Positions 44,585 to 58,400 of a DNA stretch of 64,000 nt are shown here, piece after piece. Both the position numbers and the translations under genes were made by a program. Position 1 is the stretch's first letter. Each line of letters starts with the position of its first letter. The stretch is taken from assembly GCA_040954595.2 (NCBI GenBank), contig CM082591.2:5921009-5985008 (forward strand). Reading direction: 5' to 3'. This DNA is from Balanoglossus misakiensis. Its lineage: Eukaryota; Animalia; Hemichordata. Under the pieces are notes generated by a model that was not told the DNA's origin, searched no databases, and saw only the letters and a program-made list of their open reading frames with translations.

Positions 44585-45904
44585 TTAGTGGTTTTGCTGC
44601 GCTTTGGCGGTAACATGACTAAACATAAAAAAAAACACATCGACAGAACTAAAGATATTTGCCACGTCACCGCTGTAACCGCACAGGGAAAGTTTATTCT
44701 CGTGAGAAACCCACTCTGCTACTTAACGCGCGCGATTTCGTAACATTTCAATTGAACCTTTCAGAGAAAACTTGTCTATTGACGCACACGTAGCTTTCAA
44801 CCCTAGACAATGTTTAAAAAAATCCACAGTTTATGCAAATCGATATTGTTCAGTCCTTTGAAACAATTTAAGGAGTTTCTGCCCGACTGAACAGTAACCA
44901 TGGATGTGACGTTATAAACTTTCCATGTTGCTAACGAAGGGGGCATAAATTACATGTACGTGGATTTGATACAAAACATTATACCCCTTTCAGATTGCAA
45001 AAAAAGTTTCCAAAGCACGAACACAAAGGCCATCTTTTTGACTTCAGTCAACACACACAAAACACTTGCAAGTTAAAGAGCCAATTGTAATTCAAAGCAA
45101 ACTAAGAAGCGTAAAGTTTTTTTTTGTTGGACAGCCTATATTGTGTTTATGTAAATTGCTGTGTTGGACCACAATTTCTCGTCTGGGGCGAGCGAGACTG
45201 TGACGTCAAAACATCTCATAAGAAACCCGTATTCATTCAACAGCAAAGCGACTTTTGGCATAGCTTAACTATAGATTACTTTTGCTTTTGCATGCGTCCC
45301 GCCACTGTTTAACATATTTCGCCAATTGTGGTTCGTTGTTGACGTGTGTATCAGCACTGGAAGGGAATTTTCCAACTAAAAAGCTTGTTTAAAGTTTTTC
45401 TGGGAATCGGCGTGTTGTCAATGTTCGAAACTCGCTACTTCTCTGACCCTATTTTCTAGTGGCAGTGCTTATACTTTCTCAGTCCAAGTAGGAAAAGTTC
45501 AGCAAAATGAAAAGAAATAAATTATAGTTACTATCCAAGGAATTACGGAGGGAGTGAATGATTTACATGCATGAACACAAAAGTAATACACAACGACTGG
45601 ACTATAGTTGTTGGTCACCACTGCGACTGCGCAAAGAAGATTAATTCTTATGAGATCTCCACTTGCAGTGATTTCGTAACGTTTCAATCGAACATTTCAG
45701 TGCCAGACAACTTGTCTATTGATGTACATGTAGCCTTCAGCCCCAGACAATGTTTCAACAAACCCCCCGGTTAAATACGGTTATACAAATAGATACATTG
45801 TTCCGCCCATTGACGCGATTCCAAGGGGTGCTGGCAGACTAACCTGTAACCATGGACGAAAACATCAGTCCATGTTGGTCAGTAAGGGGGCATATGTTGC
45901 GCAT

Positions 45905-46335
45905 AGGGGGCTGCAAACATTAAAGTTATAAATGGCGGAGTTCCGATCTGCATTTTCCCCACCTGTCTTATCATTTTCTAATCCAGAATAAAAGCTATCG
46001 CATTTCCCCATAAGCACCTGCTAACGACTTAATCTGTGTGCCCCATCCACGGATTAAGTTGATAAAGTAAACATCGGTCAGCGAGTACTGGGTATTACCA
46101 GTTGAGAACTGACCGATGTTTACTTTATCCACTAAATCTGTGGGTAGCAGTCGTTAGCAGGTGCTTATTGGGAAATGTGATAGCTTTTATTCTGGATTAG
46201 CAACTGATAAGACAGGTGGGGGTGACACAGAAAAATAACCAGCACAGAGACTGTTCAACAAGCACTGTTTTATTGGGGGGGGGGGAATACAGATCAGAAC
46301 TTCGCCATTAATAACTTTATTGTTTGCAGCCCCCT
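45905..46335. mobile_element. Foldback (almost fully palindromic) MITE
   Basis: AGGGGGCTGCAAACA...TGTTTGCAGCCCCCT arms pair nearly to the centre (~46095). TSD not clear. Confidence 0.75.
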
Positions 46336-47121
46336 GTGATGATACGTAGGTTTGATGCAAACACAGTCCCCCACAGATTAAGTTTTCAAACCACGAGCCG
46401 TGAGAAAGGCCATCTTTTGGTCTTTAGTTCACACGCGCACAAAACCTATGCAAAGTTGATGAACCAATTGTAATTCAAAGCAAACTAAAGGAATGCTGCC
46501 CTATATAATGTTGTTGTGAAGATTACACATTTACATACATGAATACCATTAGAGTTAGGCGCAGTGGTGAGTCAATGCAGTGATTACGTTGAGCTACTGC
46601 TCGCTAATCACAAGCTATGGTCGCGCCTTTCTGAAGGCGATTATTGTGCATGAGTTTTTAGCTTCGCCGACGTGGAGCTTTCAGAAATGGTGATTGGCCG
46701 TCGTCTGATGGCGTTCTTCGTCTGTCCACACTTGCCTATCTTCATCTCTACAACCATCGGTCCAAGTACTTTGAAATTTAGCATGCAGGTTTATAGGCGT
46801 GATCTAAGGAAAGGTTGTTCAAATTTTGATACAATTTGCATATTTATAATTTTAATAATTCAAAAATTTGTGCAATTTTTTAAATACATTACAAATTTAT
46901 CTCAGCCGTCACGTTTAGCCAAGTGTCAAACAGCGAAGCCCTCATTTGCATATGACTATACAGTGTCTCCAGAATATTTGGTGATTTTTTGATGATGTGT
47001 TTGCCAAAGTTGGCATACACATCATCTAGAACCTAGCCTCCTTGTTAGGTGATTGGAGCCATGCCGTGATCACTAAAATTTTCTTGTCAATATATTCCAG
47101 GTGAATCATTTCTGAGCAACC

Positions 47122-50100
47122 ATGGTCTCATCGCGACGCATTGCGATTTGGATCTGCATATTTGCAGTAATACTGATGCAGGCCAGTGCTTTTCCTGGAA
47201 AATCCAAGATTAAGAAGACCCTGGCCGAGCTGAAGACCCTGGCCAACCTGAAAGCCCGAGAATTTCGCCCCAGTTTCGTCAAACGTACAACACAAGCTCC
47301 GCTTCTTCATGCCCCGAAAGAGAAGATAGATGACGAGTATATTGTAAAACTCAAAGTAAGTGGCTTGTGAAAGGTAACAATATGAGAAAGAGTACTTGTT
47401 TATAATCTCCTCTCACTCTTATTTTGGGTCAGCCAATCGCATGATTCCATGAACAATGACAACAGACGCCCTTCTCGTGGTGTGCCACAATTGGTTAAAA
47501 GGAGTAAAGTCACGTGACTTGTAGTTGAATGAAAACCGTCAACCTTCTCGTACATAATACATGCATTTCTTTTCTGTTTTCATTAAGGATGGTCTTACTG
47601 ATGAACAGCTTGAAGAATTTGAAGAAAAATTCCAAGCACTTTGTGAAGAGAGAGGATTACACGTAGATTTCCAAATCAATATAACAAGTTTGATGAAAGG
47701 TTTCGTAGCCAGAGTTCCCGCTGAAGCAGTCCCCATTGTAAGTGTTACCAGAACATGTGTATGATATTGGTATGTATGTATGTATGTATGTATGTATGTA
47801 TGTATGTATGTATGTATGTATGTATGTGTGTATGTATGTATGTATGTATGCATGTATGCATGTATGTATGTATGTATGTATGTATGTATGTATGTATGTA
47901 TGTATGTATGTATGTATGTATGTATGTATGTATGTTCGTATGTATGTATCGATGTATCGATGTATCGATGTATCAATGTTAGTATGTATGTATGTATGTA
48001 TCGATGTATCGATGTAGATGTTATCGATGTAGATGTAATGACTATCATAATGGATAACATTAAACATAGATAAAACTACGGACTTAACGCTGTATATCAA
48101 AAGCCCTATGAAAGATATGTATTTTCATATCCCCATTGTGACACGTGAAGTGGTATTATTATCAATATTTTCAAAATTCGTAGCTGCGATGGATGGACGA
48201 GGTAGAATTTGTTGAAGAAGACGAAGTTCTCCATGCAAATGCAAATGGCACACCCTGGGGTTTGGACAGGATTGACCAAACTGACCTCCCCTTGGATGAC
48301 GTGTACCATTCAGTCCTCGGTAAGCTGAAAGGTCTTTTTAACAAGTAACATGATTTTTGGAAAGTAGTGACATTTTTGAAAAGTGTAGTTTTATACCGAC
48401 AACGCCGAGATAATGACATACAAGTCCAACTACTTTAGTGGTTTGTCCACAGACCCTGGATCTATGGTTACTGCTAACTTCCTGAATTTATTGTCTCGTA
48501 TTTAGGCGATGGCAGTGGCGTCAACGTCTTCGTAATGGACACTGGCATCCATTTCACACACAATGAGTTTGGTGGAAGAGCACGTACATTTTACGATGCA
48601 TTCTCAGATGGCCGAAATGTAAGTTACCTGATGATTTGCCGAAAATAACATGTGGCGAAATTATTATTATTTTTGTCAGTCTCTGGTGATCATTTCATAA
48701 CGTTTTCGTTTGAACATTTTATCATTTTCTGTACCAAAACAGTAACAATTCAATCATATATTGTTATTTGGGTTTGAGATTGAAGTCACATCAGCATGCA
48801 ACAATACAGGCTAACTTCATTAAACCATATATTTTAGAAGAAAATGTCTTTCCCAAATGTAATCTTAGAAAAGCTGCCGTTGATGGAGATTTACCATTTC
48901 GCATTCAAGTTTGTCTCATAAAATCCAATCACAGGCCTGGGGTTCATCAATGTGTTCGTGGTGCAATATGATTGACTAGCCTTTCCGAAAAGTAAAGCTT
49001 AGCACCTTCGTATACATGTCAATCTCTCCTTACACGCCGCTTTTTAATTCTGAAGGCATTTGTTTCATTGTGTACAGCATGTCCTTAATAATGCCGTGAC
49101 CCAAAGTGAGGCTTGATGACGTCACTAGGCTCTTCCAAGATGGCGGCTCATTAAAAGTTGTTTGAGTTTACAACTCATGTCTTTTGTTTGTTAGTGCCTC
49201 GGGCATTACAAACCCCAGTTTGAAACAGCATTGGATCACAGCTTGAATTTATGTCTGATCATACCTTGCACGATTAATAACATTTCACAGGGAGCTGACT
49301 GTCAGGGACATGGCACTCACTGCGCTGGAACCATTGGTGGAAGGACTGTTGGTGTTGCACCTGGTGTAACTTTATACTCGTGTCGTGTTCTGGATTGTGG
49401 GGGTACTGGGTCAACCAGTGGCATTGTGGCCGGTAAGCTCGGTTGGCGACAGCATCTTATCAAAGCCCCGTAAACAGCTTGTTAAAGGCCCAGCTCCGAC
49501 CATCTGCAGCGTTCCCGCGCTGTTTTTTTCGTGTTGTACACGTTTTCATTTCGCATTCTACAGACCGTGTATCGAAACTGCTTATTTTAGGTAGGTGCTA
49601 AATTTAACTTTACTTATGTATTCATCACACAGCTATGGATGCAGTGGCTGGCTCCAACATGAAACCAGCGGTGGTTTCCATGTCTTTAGGTGGTGGCGTG
49701 TCTTCATCTTTGAACTTGGCGGTCCAACGCTTATCTGACGCCGGTTACATCATCGTTGTTGCCGCTGGAAACGAAGCTCAAGATGCGTGTAATGTCTCTC
49801 CCGCGTCTGCTCCTGAGGTATGCAGGATTCTATTTTTGAACGAAAGTGTTTGGTCTGCATTTTTCTACGATCTGTTAAGAGGGAACTAGGGATTAAATGA
49901 TCAAGGCAGTATGTCCCTAGGGAAATATTTAGAGAAGAAACTATAGTTCCCCAAATTTTATTTTTTTTTGCATTATTAACAAGTCTAATTTGAAGACAAA
50001 ATTTACAGCAGGGTAGTCTTAATTGTCTTGATTTCATAAAATATAACTTCTTTAAATTTTCTCAAGAGATTTAACATAGATAATGGCGTAATCTTCAATT

Positions 50101-51305
50101 TAAGCCTGAGACAATATGTGCCTTGTTTTGTCTCTTGCAGGCAATTACTGTGGGAGCTACCACATCAAGCGATGTCCTAGCCTATTACTCCAATTACGGC
50201 AGCTGCGTCAACATCCTGGCACCTGGATCTAGTGTCTACAGTGCGTATCACACTGGAGACTCCATCTACTACACAATGAGCGGAACCTCCATGGCAGCGC
50301 CCCACGTCGCTGGTAAGATTCCCCTCGGTCACTCTTGTATATGTAGTTGGACTGGTATAACGCATGCGTGTATGGGTGATTTCGATTGGTCTGTGACAGA
50401 TATCCCAAGGTGCTTCACTCTGGGCCTGGCAGCTGGACGGATGGGGATCACCTTATTGGCTGGTACCCTGCCTCGATCAGCGATTAGCACAAAGCTGCGC
50501 CTATCTACGTAACGCGTCCTGCCTACCCGGTCACGTGAGACGCAGTGATCAGCAAATGAATCGCACACACCAGCAAAACGGCGATCATAATTACTTCTCG
50601 AGAATATGTTGTTTACGTTGATGTTGGCCGAAAATGACATTTCTAGCCTCTAGTGACAGATTCATTTTGAATATCAGTGAATGCCAGTAACGCTTATAAT
50701 GAACACACACTTATTGCAGCATATTCCTTCTTCTTTTACAAGGTGTTGCTGCCTTAATCCTGGAAGTGACCCCGTCCATAAACCAGGATCAGATGAAAAA
50801 TGTGTTGGTGAACGCTGCTCAATCGAACAAAATCGATCTGTCTGGAGTACCTTACAGCTATCGTTCGTCAACGCCGAACAAACTTCTGTACATTTCAAGC
50901 GACATAGACAGCGGTGTACCGCCATCGGGCCCACCAACACCTCGCCCCCCTCCTGGTGGTAAGTTTGCATGAATTTGAAAGTGGAAAGGGCAATTACGAG
51001 TGCCTTGGGATGTTTTTTTCAATTACGACAAAATGTTCCGCCATCTACGCACTGCTCTTACAATCGGAAGGGTCCCCTGTCGAGCGAGAATGTCATAACG
51101 TTATGGTTGTTACGTGTGTGCATTATCCTTTACGTTAAACAACATGGAGTTTGTGATACTCGGCGACCGTATTAAAATAACAGTATTCCGACCCGCCATT
51201 CAGTGTACAAGTGTACACTATGGTTTGTCAGATGAGGCTGTAAGACTCCGAGTACTGGTTTCCAGTACAAAAACAACGATGTCGTTATCAGCAAAGTTGT
51301 AATGC

Positions 51306-51361
<56 letters not shown>

Positions 51362-51450
51362 GTCTCTCGCGCGCTCTCTCTCTCTGTCTCTCTCTCTCTC
51401 TCTCTCTGTCTCTCTGTCTCTCTCTCTCTGTCTCTCTCTCTCTCTCTCTG

Positions 51451-51488
<38 letters not shown>

Positions 51489-53154
51489 AGTTTTTAGTTT
51501 GTTGATTGACTGGCTGGCTGGTCGGTTGGTTGGTTGGTGGGTCAGTCAGATATGCATTGAGCTTCGAAGAATTAATACCAGCACAAAACTATTTTAGTAT
51601 TAAACACAACTTAAGAAAAATTAGGTTAAATTAATAAGCTATATTTTAATTTTCTGTATATGAAACTGATTAAATTCGTAAGAAATATAAGAAGAAGGAA
51701 ACGCAAAATTCAATTGTTCTCGTGGCCAATTGAATAATAATCTCCGATATACTCATTTCTCTTCCGTTTTATCTGCAGATGGATTGTGCGAGGAGACATG
51801 TCGTCACAGTGGTGATGGCGAGTGTGATGATGGTGGACTGGGTTCTCAGTACGATGTGTGCGACTACGGAACTGACTGTTCTGATTGTGGGCCCCGAGAT
51901 CTGCCAACTACAGTTGGACCGCCAACTACAAGTGAGCCCCGAGAACCAGGTGAGTTTTTTTTACAAGATTAGAGAGCCTTTTGACTAATCGCTTCAGTCG
52001 TGAAAATCAATTACTACATTGGCCGTCATCAGTGAAAATGTATAAGAAAGTGAATAATGTATAATACATGATTCTCCTTGTAAACTTGGCGATATGTGTA
52101 ATATTCATGTTCAGATATACTCATTTCTCTTCTGTTTTATCTGCAGATGAATTGTGTGAGGAGACATGTCAATACAGTGATGATGGCGAGTGTGACGATG
52201 GTGGACCCGGTTCTCTGTACGGATTTTGCGACTACGGAACAGACTGTGCTGATTGTGGGCCCCGAGAACCGCCAACTACAGGTGAGTTTCTGCAAGATCA
52301 GTAGAGCAAAAATCCTTTACTACATTGGCCGTCATCAGTGAAAATGTATAAGAAAAGTGAATATGTATAAGACATGATTTTTCATTTAAATTTGGCGGTA
52401 ATGACTTTATAACATTCATTTTCAGATATGCTAACTTCTCTTCCGTTATTTCTGCAGATGAATTGTGTGAGGAGACATGTCGTTACAGTGGGGATGGCGA
52501 GTGTGATGATGGTGGACCCGGTTCTCTGTACGGATTTTGCGACTACGGAACCGATTGTTCTGATTGTGGGCCCCGAGAACCGCCAACTCCAGGTGAGTTC
52601 TTTGCAAGACCAGATTATTTACTACATTGGCTGTTTCCAGTACTGTGTACTCCGGTTACATTTTTTCGGCAATTATCATTGTCATCTATACAGAATATAT
52701 AATGTTAATTTATATACTAATTTCTCTTCCGTTATATCTGCAGATGAATTGTGTGAGGAGACATGTCAATACAGTGATGATGGCGAGTGTGACGATGGTG
52801 GACCCGGTTCTCTGTACGGATTTTGCGACTACGGAACAGACTGTGCTGATTGTGGGCCCCGAGAACCGCCAACTCCAGGTGAGTTCTTTGCAAGACCAGA
52901 TTATTTACTACATTGGCTGTTTCCAGTACTGTGTACTCCGGTTACATTTTTTCGGCAATTATCATTGTCATCTATACAGAATATATAACGTTAATTTATA
53001 TACTAATTTCTCTTCCGTTATATCTGCAGATGAATTGTGTGAGGAGACATGTCAATACAGTGATGATGGCGAGTGTGACGATGGTGGACCCGGTTCTCTG
53101 TACGGATTTTGCGACTACGGAACAGACTGTGCTGATTGTGGAATCAGACAGTGA
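47122..53154 (+). CDS. S8A protease gene 6 (SP-I9-S8-CDDGG x5), 13 coding exons
   Basis: Exons 47122-47355, 47588-47737, 48184-48319, 48506-48618, 49291-49432, 49633-49817, 50141-50312, 50743-50958, 51779-51949, 52147-52281, 52458-52592, 52744-52878, 53030-53154. Confidence 0.9.
47770..48030. repeat. (TATG)n microsatellite grading into (ATCGATGT)n
   Basis: Direct reading. Confidence 0.94.
51309..51483. repeat. (CT)n/(CTGT) microsatellite
   Basis: Direct reading. Confidence 0.95.
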
Positions 53155-54039
53155 AACACGCTTAGAAAGAAATATTACCATCATAGACCTACTTAAGTGC
53201 TGTATTAGTGGTTCAATTGTTTTTCAATTAACACAGTGTTATTTTTCTACTACACGTTACTTTCCCGGTGTATTTTAGAATGCCAATCGATTAGATTTCA
53301 ATAAAACTTTCAAAAATAAATAAGTGTTTACAGCATATCTTCTAGAATCAAATGTCATAATGTGTGACTGTGTGACATGGCAAATTTATTTGCATATCTA
53401 AATTTCTGGAAATGTCTTACCCTGATTACTTTGCTTTGTAATGAGCCAGATCACAAAACAATCTTATAGAACAGACTGTTAATTTGGGGCAAGACCGTTT
53501 CACCAAACAGAAACATTGATTTTTTGTGTGTAATTTTTTGGCGTGAGAGATACAGTCCTGCAAATGCATTAACTTTCAGTGAGATTTAATTTCATCGTTT
53601 GGATGTTTTGGACACAGTCACTAGGTGTGTTTTTTTGTCAGTGTGTGATACCTACCTCTATACTCGCTCGCCCCTCTGTTAACATGCTTTCATGAGACCA
53701 TGATTTTCGAGTGAACATCAAATCACACAAACATGCGACGACAGTTCCATACCATTCGGTTTTAGGCCTAAAGACCCGTCAAGCTCTCCATTAATAACCT
53801 TTTGTCACAATCATCGGAAAGCAGGAGGTGTTAACTGCCAATTGTACATGTATATGTTGCAAACAATTACAACGTGCGGATACAGCGGATCAAATTACTT
53901 GCCTGGGAACTATGTTGATGGAAAACGGTCATTTTATATATTGTCGTGGTTCCGTTATTGTGACATGTGAACAATCCTATAACCTTCCTTCAGAACATGA
54001 CTAAAATAGAAAAATCAAATCAAAGCCTCATCTTCTCAC

Positions 54040-54630
54040 TGATTTGAAATGTTTCACTTCATTAATATTAACATCCAAGATGGCCTCTGGTAATCTCACA
54101 AATGAATAACAGCAACTGTCTGCCCACAAGGGACTGTTCAGAATTTACTGAAGTGTTTTGTTCAGACTGGCTGACGTTTAGCAGAGAACAGGAGGCATCT
54201 TCCAAATGCTTTCGGTCAACGTGTGAAGACAGATTTTGAATGAAACTATTTTTTACTTTGTTCCGACCATCGGTGACGTCCTTTTGTTCTTGCTGTGGAA
54301 TGTGGAATGTGACATCTGAACACATGCCTGTGAATTTGCATCTGATTGCACGCTACGCAGATGGCAGACAAGCGGGGAGTGATCTGATTCGGTCCTTTCA
54401 AGCACATTGAAATACGCAATCGATTCAAAAAGCTCAGTGGAGGCAATAACGTAATCAATAACACTCGCACCGTTTGCTACTACACAAGTGACATTCCCGT
54501 TTTTGTCACTTGACAATCTGCCATTCAAAATATGCAAATCGAATCTGTTACAAATCTCAAGCAGCGCTCTGTCAGCTTCAATAACAATACAATCTTTTGA
54601 GATGCGCAGACAATGGAAAAAGTCTGAAAC
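54040..54630 (-). mobile_element. LINE APE-endonuclease relic upstream of gene 7
   Basis: LLEICNRFDLHILNGRLSSDKNGNVTCVVANGASVIDYVIAS...TESDHSPL (DY and SDH motifs). Confidence 0.8.
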
Positions 54631-54809
54631 ATACTCAGTATTTTCCAACGGCAAATATTTCGTGCAAGGTGTATACCAAACCACGTGACCAAACGCAGCC
54701 ATGGGGTTGTGAAAAGAATTTCCCGCCAAAAAGACAACGTGTGAAAGAGAGTACTGACGCTAATTATTCATGACACGGTTAACACCATTAAGACAAAGCG
54801 GACATGATG

Positions 54810-54888
54810 CATAAATAGCGGGTCACCGAGTATGCAAGAGTCAGACAGTTTTCTTGGCGGAAAGGACACCACGCGAAACCAGTACTAG
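54810..54888 (+). promoter_or_regulatory. Putative core promoter and non-coding first exon of gene 7 (type A)
   Basis: Copy of 9907-9985; acceptor at 55451. Confidence 0.65.
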
Positions 54889-55472
54889 GTGAGTATAGCA
54901 AAGATTACATGCTAGATTAGCATCTCGTTTTCCCGTCCATGTTTCACATGTGCAGTGAATTACCAGTGGTGTCTCGTGAATTGAATTCCATTTCGTTGGG
55001 ATACCAACAACGTTTACCCAGTCCATTGTAATATTTAGCATGAATGTGACAACGAGATTTCATTAGACGACGATTCACTTGCCGCTACCTCTACGGTAAT
55101 ATTTTCTCGAGTAGAAACATTGCCGAAACAAATGTAGACACTCCAACAATATACACGTTCCCATTCGACAACTGGCATACATCAGACGTACGAGTAGTAC
55201 GATCCATTTCATAAATCAGGTGTGATTGTTGATCTCGAATATCTACAAACCATGAAGTCAACTACCAGGTTTTTCTATATGTTTACGCAGTTTTCTTCTA
55301 CATTTCTACTGGAAAATCGAAAATTTAGTTTTGTAGATTTACATGTTTACAATCGTGCACTGTATAAATAAATATGCACGGGACTAAAGAACTTCAGGTG
55401 TAAGTAGCCCACCTAATTAATGTTCACTTAAAAATTTGACTTTTTTTCCAGACAAAGAGCTTTTGGGCAACC

Positions 55473-58400
55473 ATGGTCTCATCGCGACGCATTGCGATTT
55501 GGATCTGCATATTTGCAGTAGTACTGATGCAGACCAGTGCTTTTTCTGGAAAATCCAAGTTTAAGAAGACCCTGGCCGAGCTGAAGACCATTGCCGACCT
55601 GAAAGCCCGAGAATTTCGCCCCAGTTTCGTCAAACGTACAACACAAGCTCCGCTTCTTCATGCCGGGGAGGAGAAGATAGATGACGAGTATATTGTAAAA
55701 CTCAAAGTAAGTGGCTTTTAGTTGTGTTTAAAAATATCTACACGCCACGCAGAATCATTAAAAAGCGTGCATTATGCATGTACACACTACGAGAGCATAT
55801 TTCTAGCTTACTAGTATTTTGCCGACCTTCTCGTATATAACATTTTAATCTGTTTTCTTTTTCATTAAGGATGGTCTTACTGATGAACAGCTTGAAGAAT
55901 TTGAAGACAAACTCCAAGCACTCTGTGAAGAGAAAGGATTACATATTGATTTCCAAATCGATATAACAAGTTTGATGAAAGGTTTCGTGGCCAGAGTTCC
56001 TGCTGCAGCACTTCACATTGTAAGTGTTAACACATTATGTATGTACATGTATGTGTGTATGTATAATGTATGTCATGTATGTAAATAATGGATGACAATA
56101 TCAAATAAATGACCTGACCTGACGCCGATAACCAAATAGCCTGACATGAAATCTGTTAAAGTGAATTGTTATTATTATTATGAATATTTTCACAATTCGT
56201 AGCTGCGATGGATGGACGAGGTAGAATTTGTTGAAGAAGACGAAGTTCTCCATGCAAATGCAGATGGCACACCCTGGGGTTTGGACAGGATTGACCAAAC
56301 TGACCTCCCCTTGAATGACGTGTATCACCCAGTCCTTGGTAAGCTGAAATGCTATTTTAACAATTAACATGTTGTTTTTGAAAGTAGTGACATTTTTGAA
56401 AGGTGTAGTTTTATACCGACCGCACATTTTAATGTTAACCGACCCGCACAATTTGTGGCTATTGAATTTCCTCTCTATAGTTACTGATAACTTCCTGAAT
56501 TGATTGTCTTGTATTTAGGCGATGGCAGCGGCGTCAACGTCTTCGTAATGGACACTGGCATCCATTTCACACACAATGAGTTTGGTGGAAGAGCACATAC
56601 ATTTTATGATGCATTCTCAGATGGCCGAAACGTAAGTTATTTTGAACCTATGTTTATTTCCAACTGTAATCTCGTACAGAAAACAGCTGTCTTTGTTATA
56701 AATTTTGACCCTCGCATGTAGGGCTAATTTTGGCAGAAAAGGGCATTCTTCGATACCCATGTACCATCTGGTGCAATATGGTAGAATAACCTTCCCTTGC
56801 TTACTTATTTATATTTTTTAATTCGGAAGACATTTATGAACACTGTTCTTTTGACATTATGATTTCCAACATTTCACAGGGAGCTGACTGTCAGGGACAC
56901 GGCACTCACTGCGCTGGAACCATTGGCGGTAGAACTGTTGGTGTTGCACCTGGTGTAACTTTATACTCATGTCGTGTTCTGGATTGTGGGGGTTCTGGGT
57001 CAACCAGTGGCATTGTGGCAGGTAAGCTCGGTTGGCGACAGCATCTTATTAAAGCCTCGTAAACAACCTGTTATAGGCCCAGCTCCGACCATCTGCAGCG
57101 TACCCGCGCTGTTGTTTTGTGTAGTACACGTTTTCATTTCGCATTCTACAGACCGTGTATCGAAACTGATGAAATTACTGCTTATTTTCGGAAGGTGCTA
57201 ACTGTAAGCTTACTTATATATTCATCACACAGCTATGGATGCAGTCGCTGGCTCCAACATGAAACCAGCGGTGGTTTCCATGTCTTTAGGTGGTGGCGTG
57301 TCTTCATCTTTGAACTTGGCGGTCCAACGCTTATCTGACGCCGGATACGTCATCGTTGTTGCCGCTGGAAACGAAGCTCAGGATGCGTGTAATGTCTCTC
57401 CCGCGTCTGCTCCTGAGGTATGCGGGATTTGTTTGCACTAAAGTGGATTGGTTCAATTGTTTTGATTCCTTTGTGAGGAGTCTTTTATGAAAACAATGAT
57501 TTAAACGGGGTGTTTATGACCTGTCTTGTTTTCATGAAAAATGCAACTTTCTCCAAAGAGGTGAAACAGAGATTGGCGTCATTTGAATTCAGACAATATG
57601 AGACTAGTTTGTTGCCGCTCAAATTTTAATTTGATGTAATTCTCGCCACTAAGCACAGACATTTTCTCCTGGCAAATACCTTCGATTTTAATCCATAGAT
57701 TCTGATAACATCGTTGTTCGATTGTGTTCAGACAATTTTGTGTGTATGGTGCTGTTCATAGTAGAGGATCTGAAAAGCTTTCGATCATCTGTGTGATTAG
57801 GTTAAGTGGTAGTGCATAAAATAACTGGGTGGACTATTCTCTGCCGTGATCCTCCAGCCCTGCTATCAAGAGCTCTCCGCTTGACAACCAGAAGTGGCGG
57901 AAATATGGTGGTCTTATCGTTTGTGTCTTTCTCTCTTGCAGGCAATTACGGTGGGAGCTACCACGTCAAGTGATGGCCTAGCCTATTACTCCAACTACGG
58001 CAGCTGCGTCAACATCCTGGCACCTGGATCTGACGTCTACAGTGCGTATCACACTGGAGACTCCAACTACTACACAATGAGCGGAACATCCATGGCAGCG
58101 CCCCACGTGGCTGGTAAGATTCCCTTTGATGACGCTTGAAGTTGGTATAACGCATGCGTGTATGGGTGATTCTGATTGGTCTGTGACAGATATCCCAAGG
58201 TGCTTCACTCTTAGTCTGGTCCCCTGCCAGCGTAGCGCAGCCAGCGGCGGGAATGGTGCAGGGGACCAGACTACTTCACTCTCGGCCTGACAGGACGCCC
58301 GAGAATCACACATACCTGCAAAACAATATTTTATTTACGTTGATGGCAGTTCTATACTTGCAGCTCTGTTTGCATAACTGAATGTTTTTATTTTTGATGA

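Noticed and set aside
51779-53154. Regularly spaced near-identical repeats resembling a CRISPR-like repeat/spacer array (also 59543-61107)
   Set aside because: The units are ~135-170-bp coding exons bounded by AG/GT, the spacers are homologous introns, the context is eukaryotic and no cas genes are present.
54253-54729. 158-aa minus-strand ORF as a host gene
   Set aside because: It is a fragment of a LINE endonuclease, frameshifted or truncated in the paralogous copies.
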